Positions 40,074 to 49,727 of a DNA stretch of 57,133 nt are shown here, in pieces (the stretch's first letter is position 1; the number at the start of each line of letters is the position of its first letter). The position numbers and the translations under genes are program-made. This DNA is from Sphingobacteriales bacterium (GTDB lineage Bacteria; Bacteroidota; Bacteroidia; Sphingobacteriales; Sphingobacteriaceae): the NCBI GenBank assembly GCA_947505035.1, contig CANNIS010000001.1:1-57133 (forward strand), given 5' to 3'. The notes below the pieces were generated by a model. That model was not told where the DNA came from. It made no database searches and saw only the letters and a program-made list of their open reading frames with translations.

Positions 40074-41222
40074 ATGGCTTTTAATTGGATATTTAAAAAT
40101 ACAAAAGGCGACCGCTACATTTGGTTGGTGGTAATATTTTTATCGCTCTTTTCTTTACTTGCAGTTTATAGTTCTACTGGAACACTGGCTTATAAAAAAC
40201 AACACGGTAATACCGAATATTATATTTACAAGCATATTACTTTAATGATTGCGGGCCTTTTCTTAATGTATTGGGCACATAAATTGGATTACCGATATTA
40301 TTCAAAAATTGCGCAAATTTTATTATTTATTTCTTTTCCATTATTGGCCTATACCATTTTAATGGGCGAGAAAATTAATCAAGCAGCGCGATGGATCACC
40401 ATTCCAATTATTGATCAATCTTTTCAAACTTCCGATTTAGCTAAGCTAGCCATTATCATGTATTTGGCGCGGGAACTATCGCGCCGGCAAGAAAATATCA
40501 AAGACTTAAAAAAATCTTTTTTACCAATTATTGGCGCAGTGGTTTTAACCATTGCCTTAATTGCACCAGCCAATTTCTCTACAGCTTTAATGCTATTTGT
40601 AACTTGTTGCTTAATTATGTTAATTGGACGAATTAGCGTGAAGCATATCCTGACTACAGGTGCTGCAGGTATCATGATTCTAGCTTTGGTGGTAGTTTTT
40701 GGTTCAAGAAGAGAAACCTATTTTTCTAGAATAAAAACTTTTACGAGTAACGAGACTGTTGATAAAGATAAAAGTTTTCAATCGGATCAATCTAAGATTG
40801 CTATTGCAACCGGCGGTTTATTCGGTAAAGGACCTGGAAATAGTTCACAAAAAAATTATTTACCACATCCATATTCCGATTTTATTTTCTCCATTATTAT
40901 CGAAGAATATGGAATGATTGGTGCCTTGATGATCATCATTGCTTACCTCGTATTTTTATATCGATCCATAAAAATTGTTACCAAAGCGCCAAAGGCATTT
41001 GGCGCCTTATTGGCTTGTGGATTGAGCTTTAGTTTGGTAATACAAGCTTTTGCCAATATGGCCGTGGCCGTAAATCTGATGCCCGTAACTGGTGTGCCTT
41101 TGCCATTGGTTAGTATGGGCGGAACTTCTATCTTATTCACCAGTGTGGCATTCGGAATTATTCTGAGTGTAAGCAGAGACATTGAAGAAATGGAGAAAGG
41201 AGCGGAACTTGAAACAGCCTAG
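40074..41222 (+). CDS. ftsW: SEDS-family peptidoglycan glycosyltransferase FtsW
   Basis: 10-TM SEDS protein with PHPYSDFIFSIIIEEYG and PLPLVSMGGTS. Confidence 0.9.
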   Translation: MAFNWIFKNTKGDRYIWLVVIFLSLFSLLAVYSSTGTLAYKKQHGNTEYYIYKHITLMIAGLFLMYWAHKLDYRYYSKIAQILLFISFPLLAYTILMGEKINQAARWITIPIIDQSFQTSDLAKLAIIMYLARELSRRQENIKDLKKSFLPIIGAVVLTIALIAPANFSTALMLFVTCCLIMLIGRISVKHILTTGAAGIMILALVVVFGSRRETYFSRIKTFTSNETVDKDKSFQSDQSKIAIATGGLFGKGPGNSSQKNYLPHPYSDFIFSIIIEEYGMIGALMIIIAYLVFLYRSIKIVTKAPKAFGALLACGLSFSLVIQAFANMAVAVNLMPVTGVPLPLVSMGGTSILFTSVAFGIILSVSRDIEEMEKGAELETA

Positions 41223-42309
41223 GATTATCATAAGTGGCGGTGGCACAGGTGGCCATGTATTTCCAGCTATTGCCATTGCAGGTGCCATTCGTGCAAAGTA
41301 TCCCGAAGCGCAATTTTTATTTGTGGGTGCCATTGGTAAAATTGAAATGGAAAAGGTGCCTGCTGCGGGCTACGATATAGTGGGATTAGATATTAGGGGT
41401 TTACAAAGAAATTTATCTTTAGCCAATTTGAAATTTCCGATTCGCTTATTAAAAAGCTGTTGGAAAGCACGTCAAATTATCAAAGAATTTAAACCCGATG
41501 TGGCGGTTGGAGTTGGAGGTTATGCATCTGGTCCATTGCTCTTTATGGCGGCACAACTTAACATTCCATGTCTTATCCAAGAGCAAAATTCGTACCCAGG
41601 AATTACCAATAAAATGTTGTCTTCGGCTGCTAAAAAAATCTGTGTGGCTTATGAGGGGATGGAAAAATATTTTGAGCAATCGAAGCTTTTATTAACAGGT
41701 AATCCAGTTCGTTCGCAGATCGTAAAAATGGATGTAAAAAGATCGGATGCACTAGCACATTTTGGTCTAGCCGAAAATAAAAAAACAGTACTGATAATTG
41801 GTGGAAGTTTAGGTGCTCGCACACTCAATACCAGCGTCTTGAAAGACTTGAATTTACTGGTCGCTCAGGATATTCAAGTGATATGGCAAACAGGTAAGTT
41901 GTACTATTCCACAATTGTTGAAAATGTAGGGTCGAAATTGCCGTCAGGAGTGAGGATATTTGAGTTTATTAGTAATATGGAGATGGCTTATGCTGCAGCC
42001 GATGTAATCATTTCGAGAGCAGGTGCTGGAACCATTTCGGAATTATGTTTATTGGCTAAACCAGTAATACTAGTTCCCTCTCCAAATGTTGCAGAAGATC
42101 ATCAAACAAAAAATGCGATGGCATTGGTTAAAAAATCTGCTGCCATTTTAATTACCGATGCAAATGCATCAACAACATTAATAAAAACTTGCATCGATTT
42201 ATTAAACGATGAAAGTCAAATAAAAAGTTTAGGAAATAATATTTCACAATTAGCCATTACAGATGCGGCAGAAAAAATTGCAACAGAAGTAATTAAATTG
42301 ATAAAATAA
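41182..42309 (+). CDS. murG: UDP-N-acetylglucosamine--N-acetylmuramyl-(pentapeptide) pyrophosphoryl-undecaprenol GlcNAc transferase
   Basis: ISGGGTGGHVFPA and C-terminal GAGTISE. There is no in-frame ATG before the G-loop, so the start is a TTG at 41182 or 41209, overlapping the ftsW 3' end. Confidence 0.9.
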   Translation: MKKWRKERNLKQPRIIISGGGTGGHVFPAIAIAGAIRAKYPEAQFLFVGAIGKIEMEKVPAAGYDIVGLDIRGLQRNLSLANLKFPIRLLKSCWKARQIIKEFKPDVAVGVGGYASGPLLFMAAQLNIPCLIQEQNSYPGITNKMLSSAAKKICVAYEGMEKYFEQSKLLLTGNPVRSQIVKMDVKRSDALAHFGLAENKKTVLIIGGSLGARTLNTSVLKDLNLLVAQDIQVIWQTGKLYYSTIVENVGSKLPSGVRIFEFISNMEMAYAAADVIISRAGAGTISELCLLAKPVILVPSPNVAEDHQTKNAMALVKKSAAILITDANASTTLIKTCIDLLNDESQIKSLGNNISQLAITDAAEKIATEVIKLIK

Positions 42310-42313
42310 TTAG

Positions 42314-43669
42314 ATGAAATTAGCGCACATTAAAAATGTTTATTTAGTTGGCATCGGAGGAATCGGGATGAGTGGACTGGCGCGATATTTTAAAAATCTC
42401 GGTTGCGAGGTTGCGGGTTACGATAAAACAGAAACTATTTTAACCAAAGAATTAATTGCCGAAGAAATTCCAGTTACTTATTTTGATGACAGCTCTTTAC
42501 TGCCGGATACATTTTTAGTTCATGATCCAAGCACCCTAATTATATACACGCCTGCTATTCCACAAGACAGCGAAATCTTGAATTATTTTATAGAGCAAGA
42601 TTTCATGTTGAGAAAAAGAGCGCAGGTATTGGGTATTATCTCAGAAAGTTCCTTTACCATTGGCGTAGCAGGCACGCATGGCAAAACAACCACCTCTACC
42701 ATTATTGCACATTTACTCAAGCATTCGGGTTATGATTGTTCGGCTTTTTTAGGTGGTATCTCTACCAATTATCAAAGCAATATTTTATTTGGAAAAAATA
42801 ATGTGATGGTAATTGAAGCCGATGAATTTGATCGTTCTTTTTTAACATTACATCCAGACATTGCTATTGTTACTTCGATGGATGCCGATCACTTAGATAT
42901 TTACGGTGATAAAAATCACATTGAAGAATCTTTTAGGTTGTATGCAAGTCAAGTTAAAAGAGGAGGTAAATTAATTTTCAAATACAATTTACCCATTCAA
43001 AAAGAGGGCATTACCTACGGTGTAAATTCAACAAGCGCAGATTATACCGCACACAATATTAGAATTCAAAACGGTAAATATATTTTTGATTTTAAAAACG
43101 GCGCAGTCGAATATAAAGATATGTGCTTAGGCTTAGCGGGTTTACATAATGTAGAGAACGCCACTGCTGCCATTATTGTGGGTATGTTATTGCAAATACC
43201 GGAAGAAAAGATTAGAGCCGCATTGGCATCCTTTACAGGTGTTAAAAGAAGATTTGAATACATAGTGCAAAACGAAAAGATGGTTTACATCGACGACTAT
43301 GCACATCACCCCGAAGAATTAAGAGCTTGTATTAATTCGGTAAGGCAAATGTATCCAGGAAAAAAATTGACTGTTATTTTTCAGCCACATTTATTTTCGA
43401 GAACTAAAGATTTTGCGCAAGAATTTTCAGAAGTATTGAGTTTAGCAGATCAATTAATTGTAATGGATATTTATCCGGCAAGAGAATTGCCAATAGAAGG
43501 TGTCGACGCAAATTTAATTTTAAATCAAGTGAGTATTGCTAATAAACAATTAGCATCCAAAGAAAACTTGATGGAGAAATTAGCTAATATGGAAATTGAA
43601 TTATTATTGACAGTAGGAGCAGGCGATATAGACACGATGGTTAAACCTATTCAAGAATTAGTAGGCTAA
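42314..43669 (+). CDS. murC: UDP-N-acetylmuramate--L-alanine ligase
   Basis: GIGGIGMSGLA, GVAGTHGKTTT, DDYAHHP. Confidence 0.95.
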   Translation: MKLAHIKNVYLVGIGGIGMSGLARYFKNLGCEVAGYDKTETILTKELIAEEIPVTYFDDSSLLPDTFLVHDPSTLIIYTPAIPQDSEILNYFIEQDFMLRKRAQVLGIISESSFTIGVAGTHGKTTTSTIIAHLLKHSGYDCSAFLGGISTNYQSNILFGKNNVMVIEADEFDRSFLTLHPDIAIVTSMDADHLDIYGDKNHIEESFRLYASQVKRGGKLIFKYNLPIQKEGITYGVNSTSADYTAHNIRIQNGKYIFDFKNGAVEYKDMCLGLAGLHNVENATAAIIVGMLLQIPEEKIRAALASFTGVKRRFEYIVQNEKMVYIDDYAHHPEELRACINSVRQMYPGKKLTVIFQPHLFSRTKDFAQEFSEVLSLADQLIVMDIYPARELPIEGVDANLILNQVSIANKQLASKENLMEKLANMEIELLLTVGAGDIDTMVKPIQELVG

Positions 43670-44526
43670 TGAAAAATATTCCTTGGACAAAAATTGGAAT
43701 TACGCTCTTGTGGGTGCTTGGAATAGCAACCATCGGACTTTCTTTGGCTTTCACGGAAATTAAACAGCAAGATCTTAAGTGCAAGAAAATTACGATCAAT
43801 GTCAATAAATCGGACGAAAATTATTTCATCAATAAACAAGATATTTCGGCAATCATCCAATTTGGTGGAGATTCTTTACTGAATAAATATGTCAACAAGA
43901 TTAATGTGAAGCGCCTCGAAAAATTAATAGAGTCAAACAAATACATTTCGAATGCAGAAGTATTTATCGATTTAAATGGTGAACTATTTGTGAATGTAGA
44001 ACAACGCAAACCATTGCTTCGCATTTTTACGGCAGATCAGCATAGTTTTTATTTAGATGAACATGGATTAAAAATGCCATTGTCTCCAAATTATTCGGCG
44101 AAGGTATTGTCGGCAAACGGTAATATCGAAGAAATATATGGTGGAATTTACGATTCTGTAAAGAATCCATTATTGAATGATTTATTTGAGTTGACCAAAT
44201 TTATTAAAGCGAATGAGTTTTGGGATGCACAAATTGAACAAATATTTATTGAAGAAAACAAAGACATTACCTTAATTCCAAGAATTGGGAATCAAAAAAT
44301 TCTTTTCGGATCAATTGAAAACAGAGACGAAAAATTTGAAAAGTTGTTTTTATTTTATACCAAGGCTATGCCAAGTGTTGGATGGGATACTTACAGTATA
44401 ATTAATTTAAAATTTAAAAATCAAATTGTGGCAACAAAATCTGGAATGGGCATTGTATTAGCAAAGCCAATACTAGATACGGTTGCAGCAACAGATAGAT
44501 TAGATACAACACTTACAGTATTATAA
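43669..44526 (+). CDS. ftsQ: Cell-division protein FtsQ/DivIB-like
   Basis: Single N-terminal TM, POTRA-like region, and position between murC and ftsA. Confidence 0.7.
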   Translation: MKNIPWTKIGITLLWVLGIATIGLSLAFTEIKQQDLKCKKITINVNKSDENYFINKQDISAIIQFGGDSLLNKYVNKINVKRLEKLIESNKYISNAEVFIDLNGELFVNVEQRKPLLRIFTADQHSFYLDEHGLKMPLSPNYSAKVLSANGNIEEIYGGIYDSVKNPLLNDLFELTKFIKANEFWDAQIEQIFIEENKDITLIPRIGNQKILFGSIENRDEKFEKLFLFYTKAMPSVGWDTYSIINLKFKNQIVATKSGMGIVLAKPILDTVAATDRLDTTLTVL

Positions 44527-44543
44527 TATTTATTGAATAGCAT

Positions 44544-45869
44544 ATGGAAAACAACGAGATCGTAGTAGGATTAGACATTGGAACTACTAAAATTTGTGCC
44601 ATTGTAGGCATGAGAACGGAGCATGGTAAAATTGAAATCCTAGGAATGGGGAAAGCAGAATCTGCAGGGGTTTCAAGAGGCGTTGTTACTAATATTGAAA
44701 AAACAATTAAAGGAATTCAACAAGCAATTGAAGAAGCAAGTATTCAATCGAATTGCGAAATTTCTGAAGTGGTAGTTGGTATTGCAGGGCAACACATTAA
44801 AAGTTTGCAACACCGTGGTATTATTACCAGAAACTCTACAGAAGACGAAATATCAAGAGTAGATGTTGATTTATTAATCAAAGATATGTATCGCTTGGCA
44901 ATGCCTCCTGGAGAGCAAATTATTCACGTAATTCCGCAAGAATTTACCGTAGATAACGAGCAAGGTGTTTTAGATCCAATTGGAATGTCGGGTGTTCGTT
45001 TAGAAGCTAATTTTCATGTGATTACTGCACAAATTACCGCAGCAAATAATATTTTAAAATGTGTTTCTAAAGCAAACTTAGATACCACTACTTTAATGTT
45101 AGAGCCATTGGCATCTGCAGAAGCCGTATTAGGAGAAGAAGAAAAAGAAGCAGGTGTTGTATTAGTTGATATAGGTGGTGGTACAACCGATATTGCTATT
45201 TTCTACGAAGGAATTATTAGACATACAGCCGTTATTCCATTTGGTGGAAATGCAGTAACAGAAGATATTAGAGAAGGATGCTCTGTAATGAAAAATACGG
45301 CAGAAGCGTTGAAAATAAAATTCGGATCTGCATTAGCAGACGAAAATAAAGAAGAAGAAATTATTTCAATTCAAGGATTAAGAGGAAGAGAACCTAAAGA
45401 AGTTTCTGTTAAAAATTTAGCATTGGTTATTCAAGCTAGAATGGAAGAAATTTTAGAACAAGTAAAATACGAAATTCAATCTTCTGGTTACGAGAAAAAA
45501 ATTAGAGCGGGTGCTGGTATTGTTATTACTGGTGGTGGTGCGCAATTGAAACACATTACCCAATTAGTAGAATACGTTACGGGAATTGATTCAAGAGTTG
45601 GTTACCCTAATGAGCATTTAGCGAAAACAAATACAGATGCCATTAAGAGCCCAATGTACTCAACCAGTATAGGTTTGGTAATTAAAGGATTACAAGACAT
45701 TGAGTTGAAGAACGTAAAAGCACCTTTGCCAAATGCATTGGGTAAAGTAGCGCCTAAAGATGATTTAGCAAGTAGAGAAATTGCACAAAGACGCGGTTTC
45801 TTAAGCACAATTACCACCACATTAGCAGATGTTTTGATGCCAAACGACGATAAAGATTTCATCAAATAA
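44544..45869 (+). CDS. ftsA: Cell-division protein FtsA
   Basis: Actin-fold motifs GLDIGTTKI and VDIGGGTTDIA; 441 aa. Confidence 0.95.
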   Translation: MENNEIVVGLDIGTTKICAIVGMRTEHGKIEILGMGKAESAGVSRGVVTNIEKTIKGIQQAIEEASIQSNCEISEVVVGIAGQHIKSLQHRGIITRNSTEDEISRVDVDLLIKDMYRLAMPPGEQIIHVIPQEFTVDNEQGVLDPIGMSGVRLEANFHVITAQITAANNILKCVSKANLDTTTLMLEPLASAEAVLGEEEKEAGVVLVDIGGGTTDIAIFYEGIIRHTAVIPFGGNAVTEDIREGCSVMKNTAEALKIKFGSALADENKEEEIISIQGLRGREPKEVSVKNLALVIQARMEEILEQVKYEIQSSGYEKKIRAGAGIVITGGGAQLKHITQLVEYVTGIDSRVGYPNEHLAKTNTDAIKSPMYSTSIGLVIKGLQDIELKNVKAPLPNALGKVAPKDDLASREIAQRRGFLSTITTTLADVLMPNDDKDFIK

Positions 45870-45910
45870 AAAAATAAATAAAAAGAATTTACAACATAAA
45901 ACATAACGAT

Positions 45911-48025
45911 ATGATATTTGAAATGCTGAAAGACAAATCATCAATTATAAAAGTAATTGGTGTTGGCGGCGGCGGCGGTAATGCAGTAAACCATATGTAT
46001 AACCAAGGCATTGTAGGGGTAGACTTTATTATTTGCAATACCGATTCGCAAGCATTAGAATTAAGTCCGATACCAAACAAAGTACAGTTAGGATCTAGCT
46101 TAACCGAAGGCCGCGGTGCGGGCTCTATGCCATCAGTTGGTATGAACTCTGCAATAGAATCTATCGACGATGTAAAAGACTTATTAGGTTCGCATACTAA
46201 AATGGTTTTTATTACCGCTGGAATGGGCGGTGGTACTGGAACTGGAGCAAGTCCAATTATATGTCAAGCTGCAAAAGAACTTGGTATATTAACGGTGGGT
46301 ATTGTTACCACACCATTTAATTTTGAAGGTAAACGCAGAAAGCAACAAGCCGACGAGGGTTTGGCTGCATTGAAAGAGCATGTAGATACTTTATTGGTTA
46401 TTTCTAACGATAAATTACGTCAGATGTATGGCAATTTAACTTTGTCGAGTGCATTTGCAGAAGCAGATAATATTTTAGCAACGGCTGCAAAGGGTATTGC
46501 AGAAATTATTACTGTACCTGGTTATATCAACGTTGATTTTGAAGATGTGAAAACAGTGATGCAGAATAGCGGTGTAGCTATTATGGGTTCTGCTTCTTCG
46601 GAAGGCGAAGGCCGTGCATACAAAGCGGTTCAAGCGGCATTAAATTCTCCATTATTAAATGATAATGATATAGAAGGCGCGCGTTATATTTTATTAAATA
46701 TTACTTCAGGTTCGCAAGAAGTGTTGATGGATGAGGTTTCAGAAATTACCGATTACATCCAAAATCAAGCGGGATTAACTGCAGATATTATTTGGGGAAA
46801 TTGTCATGATGAATCTTTAGGAAATAAAATTTCTGTTACACTTATTGCAACAGGATTTCAAACTAAAACAGATCGCATCGAAAAAATGGGTTCCGTAACG
46901 GAAAGAACAGTGCCTTTAACCATCAATAATCAATCCGATATTGTGGAGGCCGTTGCCGTTCCAAGTCCAGTAGCAGCGCCTATTTCGCCGGTAATGGAAA
47001 CGCCGGATTTCGAAGCGCCAGTTATGGAAGCTCCGATTTATCTAGCGCCGGTTTTCGAAACTCCAGTTGCGCCAGAAGAAATAATTTACACACCTACAAC
47101 AAATTTAATTGCATCGAATCTAGACTTAGCTTTGGAAACACCTTCAATAGAAGAAGCAATCGCATCAACAGCAATTTTTGAAGTAACAAACGAAGAAGAA
47201 GTAGTAATCGAAGCAGAAGAAGCAACTCCTTCTTACGAATTTGAAATGCCTTTATTCGCATCGCCAGTAATGCAAACCGAAATCGAAGAAGAAGAAGAAG
47301 TGCAAATGCCCGCATTTGAATTCAATTATCCTGAAGAAGAAGACGAATTAGAAGAAATTAGCGAAGATTTTGCAACAGAAGAATTAGAAGAAATGGAAAT
47401 GGAAAGCCAAGCGGCACCCTCATTTAGCTTCGAAATGCCTGTAACCACTAGCAAATTGGTACTAGACGTATCTGATTTAAATGCAGAAACTGCATACAAC
47501 GAAGAAGTTGCAACAGCCATTTCATTCACTGCACCAGAAGAACCCGTAATGGTTTTAAAGAATCGTATGTTGAATGAAGATGAAAGAGTAAATGCTCCAA
47601 TGCATTTTCAAGCACCTACACAACCAAAGCAAGTGAATCTATTTGATTTTGTTCCAGAGGTTGCTAGTCATCAAGCAACAGAAGAAATCGCTGCAGAACC
47701 TTTTAGGTTATTAAACAAAGAGGAATTAGAATTTACTGTTATTAATAAAACTCCACAACCATCTGCCGAAGAACAAATGTTAGCAGATCAAGATCGCAGA
47801 AACAAAGAGCGTATTGCTAGGTTGAAAGAATTGAGCATGAAATTGCGCACGCCAAGTGGTATTCACGATTTAGAAACAGAGCCTGCTTATTTAAGAAAAA
47901 AGCAGGCCCTTGATGCCGCGCCTCATTCATCCGAATCACAAGTATCGAGGTATACTTTAGGAGAAGAAAACGGAGAGCCACAAATAAAAGCCAATAATTC
48001 CTTTCTACACGATAACGTAGATTAA
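45911..48025 (+). CDS. ftsZ: Cell-division GTPase FtsZ, long form (704 aa): core, ~330-aa acidic repeat linker, C-terminal peptide and tail
   Basis: Tubulin signature GMGGGTGTGASP, NTDSQAL, core to about residue 325, C-terminal peptide ETEPAYLRKKQ at 655-665, then a 39-aa tail ending NSFLHDNVD. Confidence 0.95.
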   Translation: MIFEMLKDKSSIIKVIGVGGGGGNAVNHMYNQGIVGVDFIICNTDSQALELSPIPNKVQLGSSLTEGRGAGSMPSVGMNSAIESIDDVKDLLGSHTKMVFITAGMGGGTGTGASPIICQAAKELGILTVGIVTTPFNFEGKRRKQQADEGLAALKEHVDTLLVISNDKLRQMYGNLTLSSAFAEADNILATAAKGIAEIITVPGYINVDFEDVKTVMQNSGVAIMGSASSEGEGRAYKAVQAALNSPLLNDNDIEGARYILLNITSGSQEVLMDEVSEITDYIQNQAGLTADIIWGNCHDESLGNKISVTLIATGFQTKTDRIEKMGSVTERTVPLTINNQSDIVEAVAVPSPVAAPISPVMETPDFEAPVMEAPIYLAPVFETPVAPEEIIYTPTTNLIASNLDLALETPSIEEAIASTAIFEVTNEEEVVIEAEEATPSYEFEMPLFASPVMQTEIEEEEEVQMPAFEFNYPEEEDELEEISEDFATEELEEMEMESQAAPSFSFEMPVTTSKLVLDVSDLNAETAYNEEVATAISFTAPEEPVMVLKNRMLNEDERVNAPMHFQAPTQPKQVNLFDFVPEVASHQATEEIAAEPFRLLNKEELEFTVINKTPQPSAEEQMLADQDRRNKERIARLKELSMKLRTPSGIHDLETEPAYLRKKQALDAAPHSSESQVSRYTLGEENGEPQIKANNSFLHDNVD

Positions 48026-48041
48026 CATTAAAGATAGTCGT

Positions 48042-48077
48042 AAGTGTCATTCTCGAAAGGGGGTGGCACTTTTTTTG
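48042..48077 (+). terminator. Rho-independent terminator ending the dcw cluster
   Basis: AAGTGTCA-14 nt-TGGCACTT (one G-U pair) followed by TTTTTTGTTT. Confidence 0.5.
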
Positions 48078-48125
48078 TTTAAAAGCAATTTTTTTGGTAA
48101 ATTTGCTTAACATTAATTTAATAAT

Positions 48126-49373
48126 ATGATTACTGATTTATTTGACAAACTCGCTAACAAAGGCCCTCTTGGGCAACATCAAAAAATGGCTCATGGCTAT
48201 TTTGCCTTTCCAAAATTAGAAGGAGAAATAAGCAACCGAATGATTTTTCGAGGGAAAGAACAATTGGTATGGAGTTTAAATAATTATTTAGGATTAGCAA
48301 ATCATCCCGAAGTTAGAAAAGCAGATGCAGCAGGTGCAGCGCAATATGGTTTAGCATTGCCTATGGGTGCGCGCATGATGTCGGGTAATTCTAATTTACA
48401 TGAACAATTAGAAAGAGAATTAGCTGCTTTTGTAAAGCGCGAAGATGCATTTTTATTAAACTATGGCTATCAAGGAATGGTATCTATCGTAGATTCATTA
48501 GTGAATCGTCATGATGTGATTGTATACGATGCCGAAGCACATGCTTGTATTATAGATGGTGTTCGTTTGCATCAAGGTAAGCGCTTTGTATACACCCACA
48601 ACGATATGGCGAGTTTAGAAAAACAACTCGAACATGCTAAAAAATTAGTCGAAGGCACAAAAGGTGGAATTTTAGTAATTACCGAAGGTGTTTTTGGAAT
48701 GTCTGGTGTACAAGGAAATTTAAAAGGCGTTGTCGCATTAAAAGAAAAATATAATTTCCGTTTATTAGTAGACGATGCACATGGTTTTGGTACAATGGGT
48801 CCAACAGGTGCGGGTACCGACGAAGAACAAAATGTGCAAGCGCAAGTAGATGTTTATTTTGGAACATTTGCAAAATCGATGGCGGGAATAGGTGCCTTTG
48901 TTGCAGCTTCAGAAAATGTAATTGATTTCTTAAGATATAACATGCGTTCTCAAACTTTTGCTAAAACAATTCCAATGCCCATGGTATTTGGATTGTTAAA
49001 AAGGTTGGAATTATTGAAAACGCAACCCGAATTGAAAAACAATTTATGGAAAATTGTGAAGGCATTACAGTCTGGATTAAGAGAAAGGGGCTTTAATATT
49101 GGCCATACCAATTCGCCTGTTACCCCAGTCATGATGTCTGGAACCTTAATGGAAGCCACCAATATTGTAATGGATTTGAGAGAGAATTATGGCATATTTT
49201 GTTCTATTGTAACCTACCCTGTAGTACCTAAAGGCGTGATAATGTTGAGGTTAATACCTTCGGCTGTACATACTTTGGCCGACGTAGAAGAGACCCTAAA
49301 TGCCTATTCGCAGATAGCTGAAAAGCTAAAAGCGGGCCATTATGAGTCTAAAGAGCCTATGGCAATTAAATAA
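48126..49373 (+). CDS. PLP-dependent alpha-oxoamine synthase family enzyme (Kbl/BioF/serine palmitoyltransferase/cysteate acyltransferase-like)
   Basis: DDAHGFG and PLP-lysine motif GTFAKSMAG; 415 aa. There is no adjacent tdh or bio gene. Confidence 0.85.
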   Translation: MITDLFDKLANKGPLGQHQKMAHGYFAFPKLEGEISNRMIFRGKEQLVWSLNNYLGLANHPEVRKADAAGAAQYGLALPMGARMMSGNSNLHEQLERELAAFVKREDAFLLNYGYQGMVSIVDSLVNRHDVIVYDAEAHACIIDGVRLHQGKRFVYTHNDMASLEKQLEHAKKLVEGTKGGILVITEGVFGMSGVQGNLKGVVALKEKYNFRLLVDDAHGFGTMGPTGAGTDEEQNVQAQVDVYFGTFAKSMAGIGAFVAASENVIDFLRYNMRSQTFAKTIPMPMVFGLLKRLELLKTQPELKNNLWKIVKALQSGLRERGFNIGHTNSPVTPVMMSGTLMEATNIVMDLRENYGIFCSIVTYPVVPKGVIMLRLIPSAVHTLADVEETLNAYSQIAEKLKAGHYESKEPMAIK

Positions 49374-49383
49374 TAATTCAAAT

Positions 49384-49413
49384 AGGCTTTGTTATTTGTT
49401 AAAAAGCCTTTAT
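49384..49413 (+). terminator. Possible terminator after the alpha-oxoamine synthase gene
   Basis: AGGCTTT-12 nt-AAAGCCT followed by TTTAT. The T-run is weak. Confidence 0.4.
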
Positions 49414-49471
49414 ATTAGTAAAAGACAAAACAATTATTGTAGAACCAAAAATTTAAAAAGGAGTTTTCCAC

Positions 49472-49654
49472 ATGAAAAGATTCAATGATTTTAAGAAAAT
49501 GGTAGCTGACCTAGAAGGCGATGCTGACAAATTTTACAACAAAGGTAACAGTGCGGCAGGTACGCGTGTTAGAAAAGGTATGCAAGATCTTAAAAACTTA
49601 GCTCAGGCTATTCGTTTAGAAGTTCAAGAAAGAAAAAACAGCGAAGCTAAATAA
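49472..49654 (+). CDS. Histone H1-like small DNA-binding protein (Bacteroidota type)
   Basis: 60 aa. FYNKGNSAAGTRVRKGMQDLKNLAQAIR matches the family as I remember it. The gene is preceded by AGGAG and followed by a strong terminator. Confidence 0.7.
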   Translation: MKRFNDFKKMVADLEGDADKFYNKGNSAAGTRVRKGMQDLKNLAQAIRLEVQERKNSEAK

Positions 49655-49672
49655 GCCTAACTTAATTTCTAT

Positions 49673-49709
49673 AAAAAAATCCTACTTAAATCAAGTAGGA
49701 TTTTTTTTT
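49673..49709. terminator. Bidirectional terminator between the histone-like gene and murI
   Basis: AAAAATCCTACTT-AAATC-AAGTAGGATTTTT. Confidence 0.65.
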
Positions 49710-49727
49710 GCTTTAAATTTAATGGAA

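Noticed and set aside
47094-47315. 73-aa Leu/Arg-rich ORF on the minus strand inside ftsZ
   Set aside because: It is the antisense mirror of the GAA-rich (Glu) linker codons of ftsZ (GAA/GAAGAA read backwards gives TTC/CTT). It has no independent signals.
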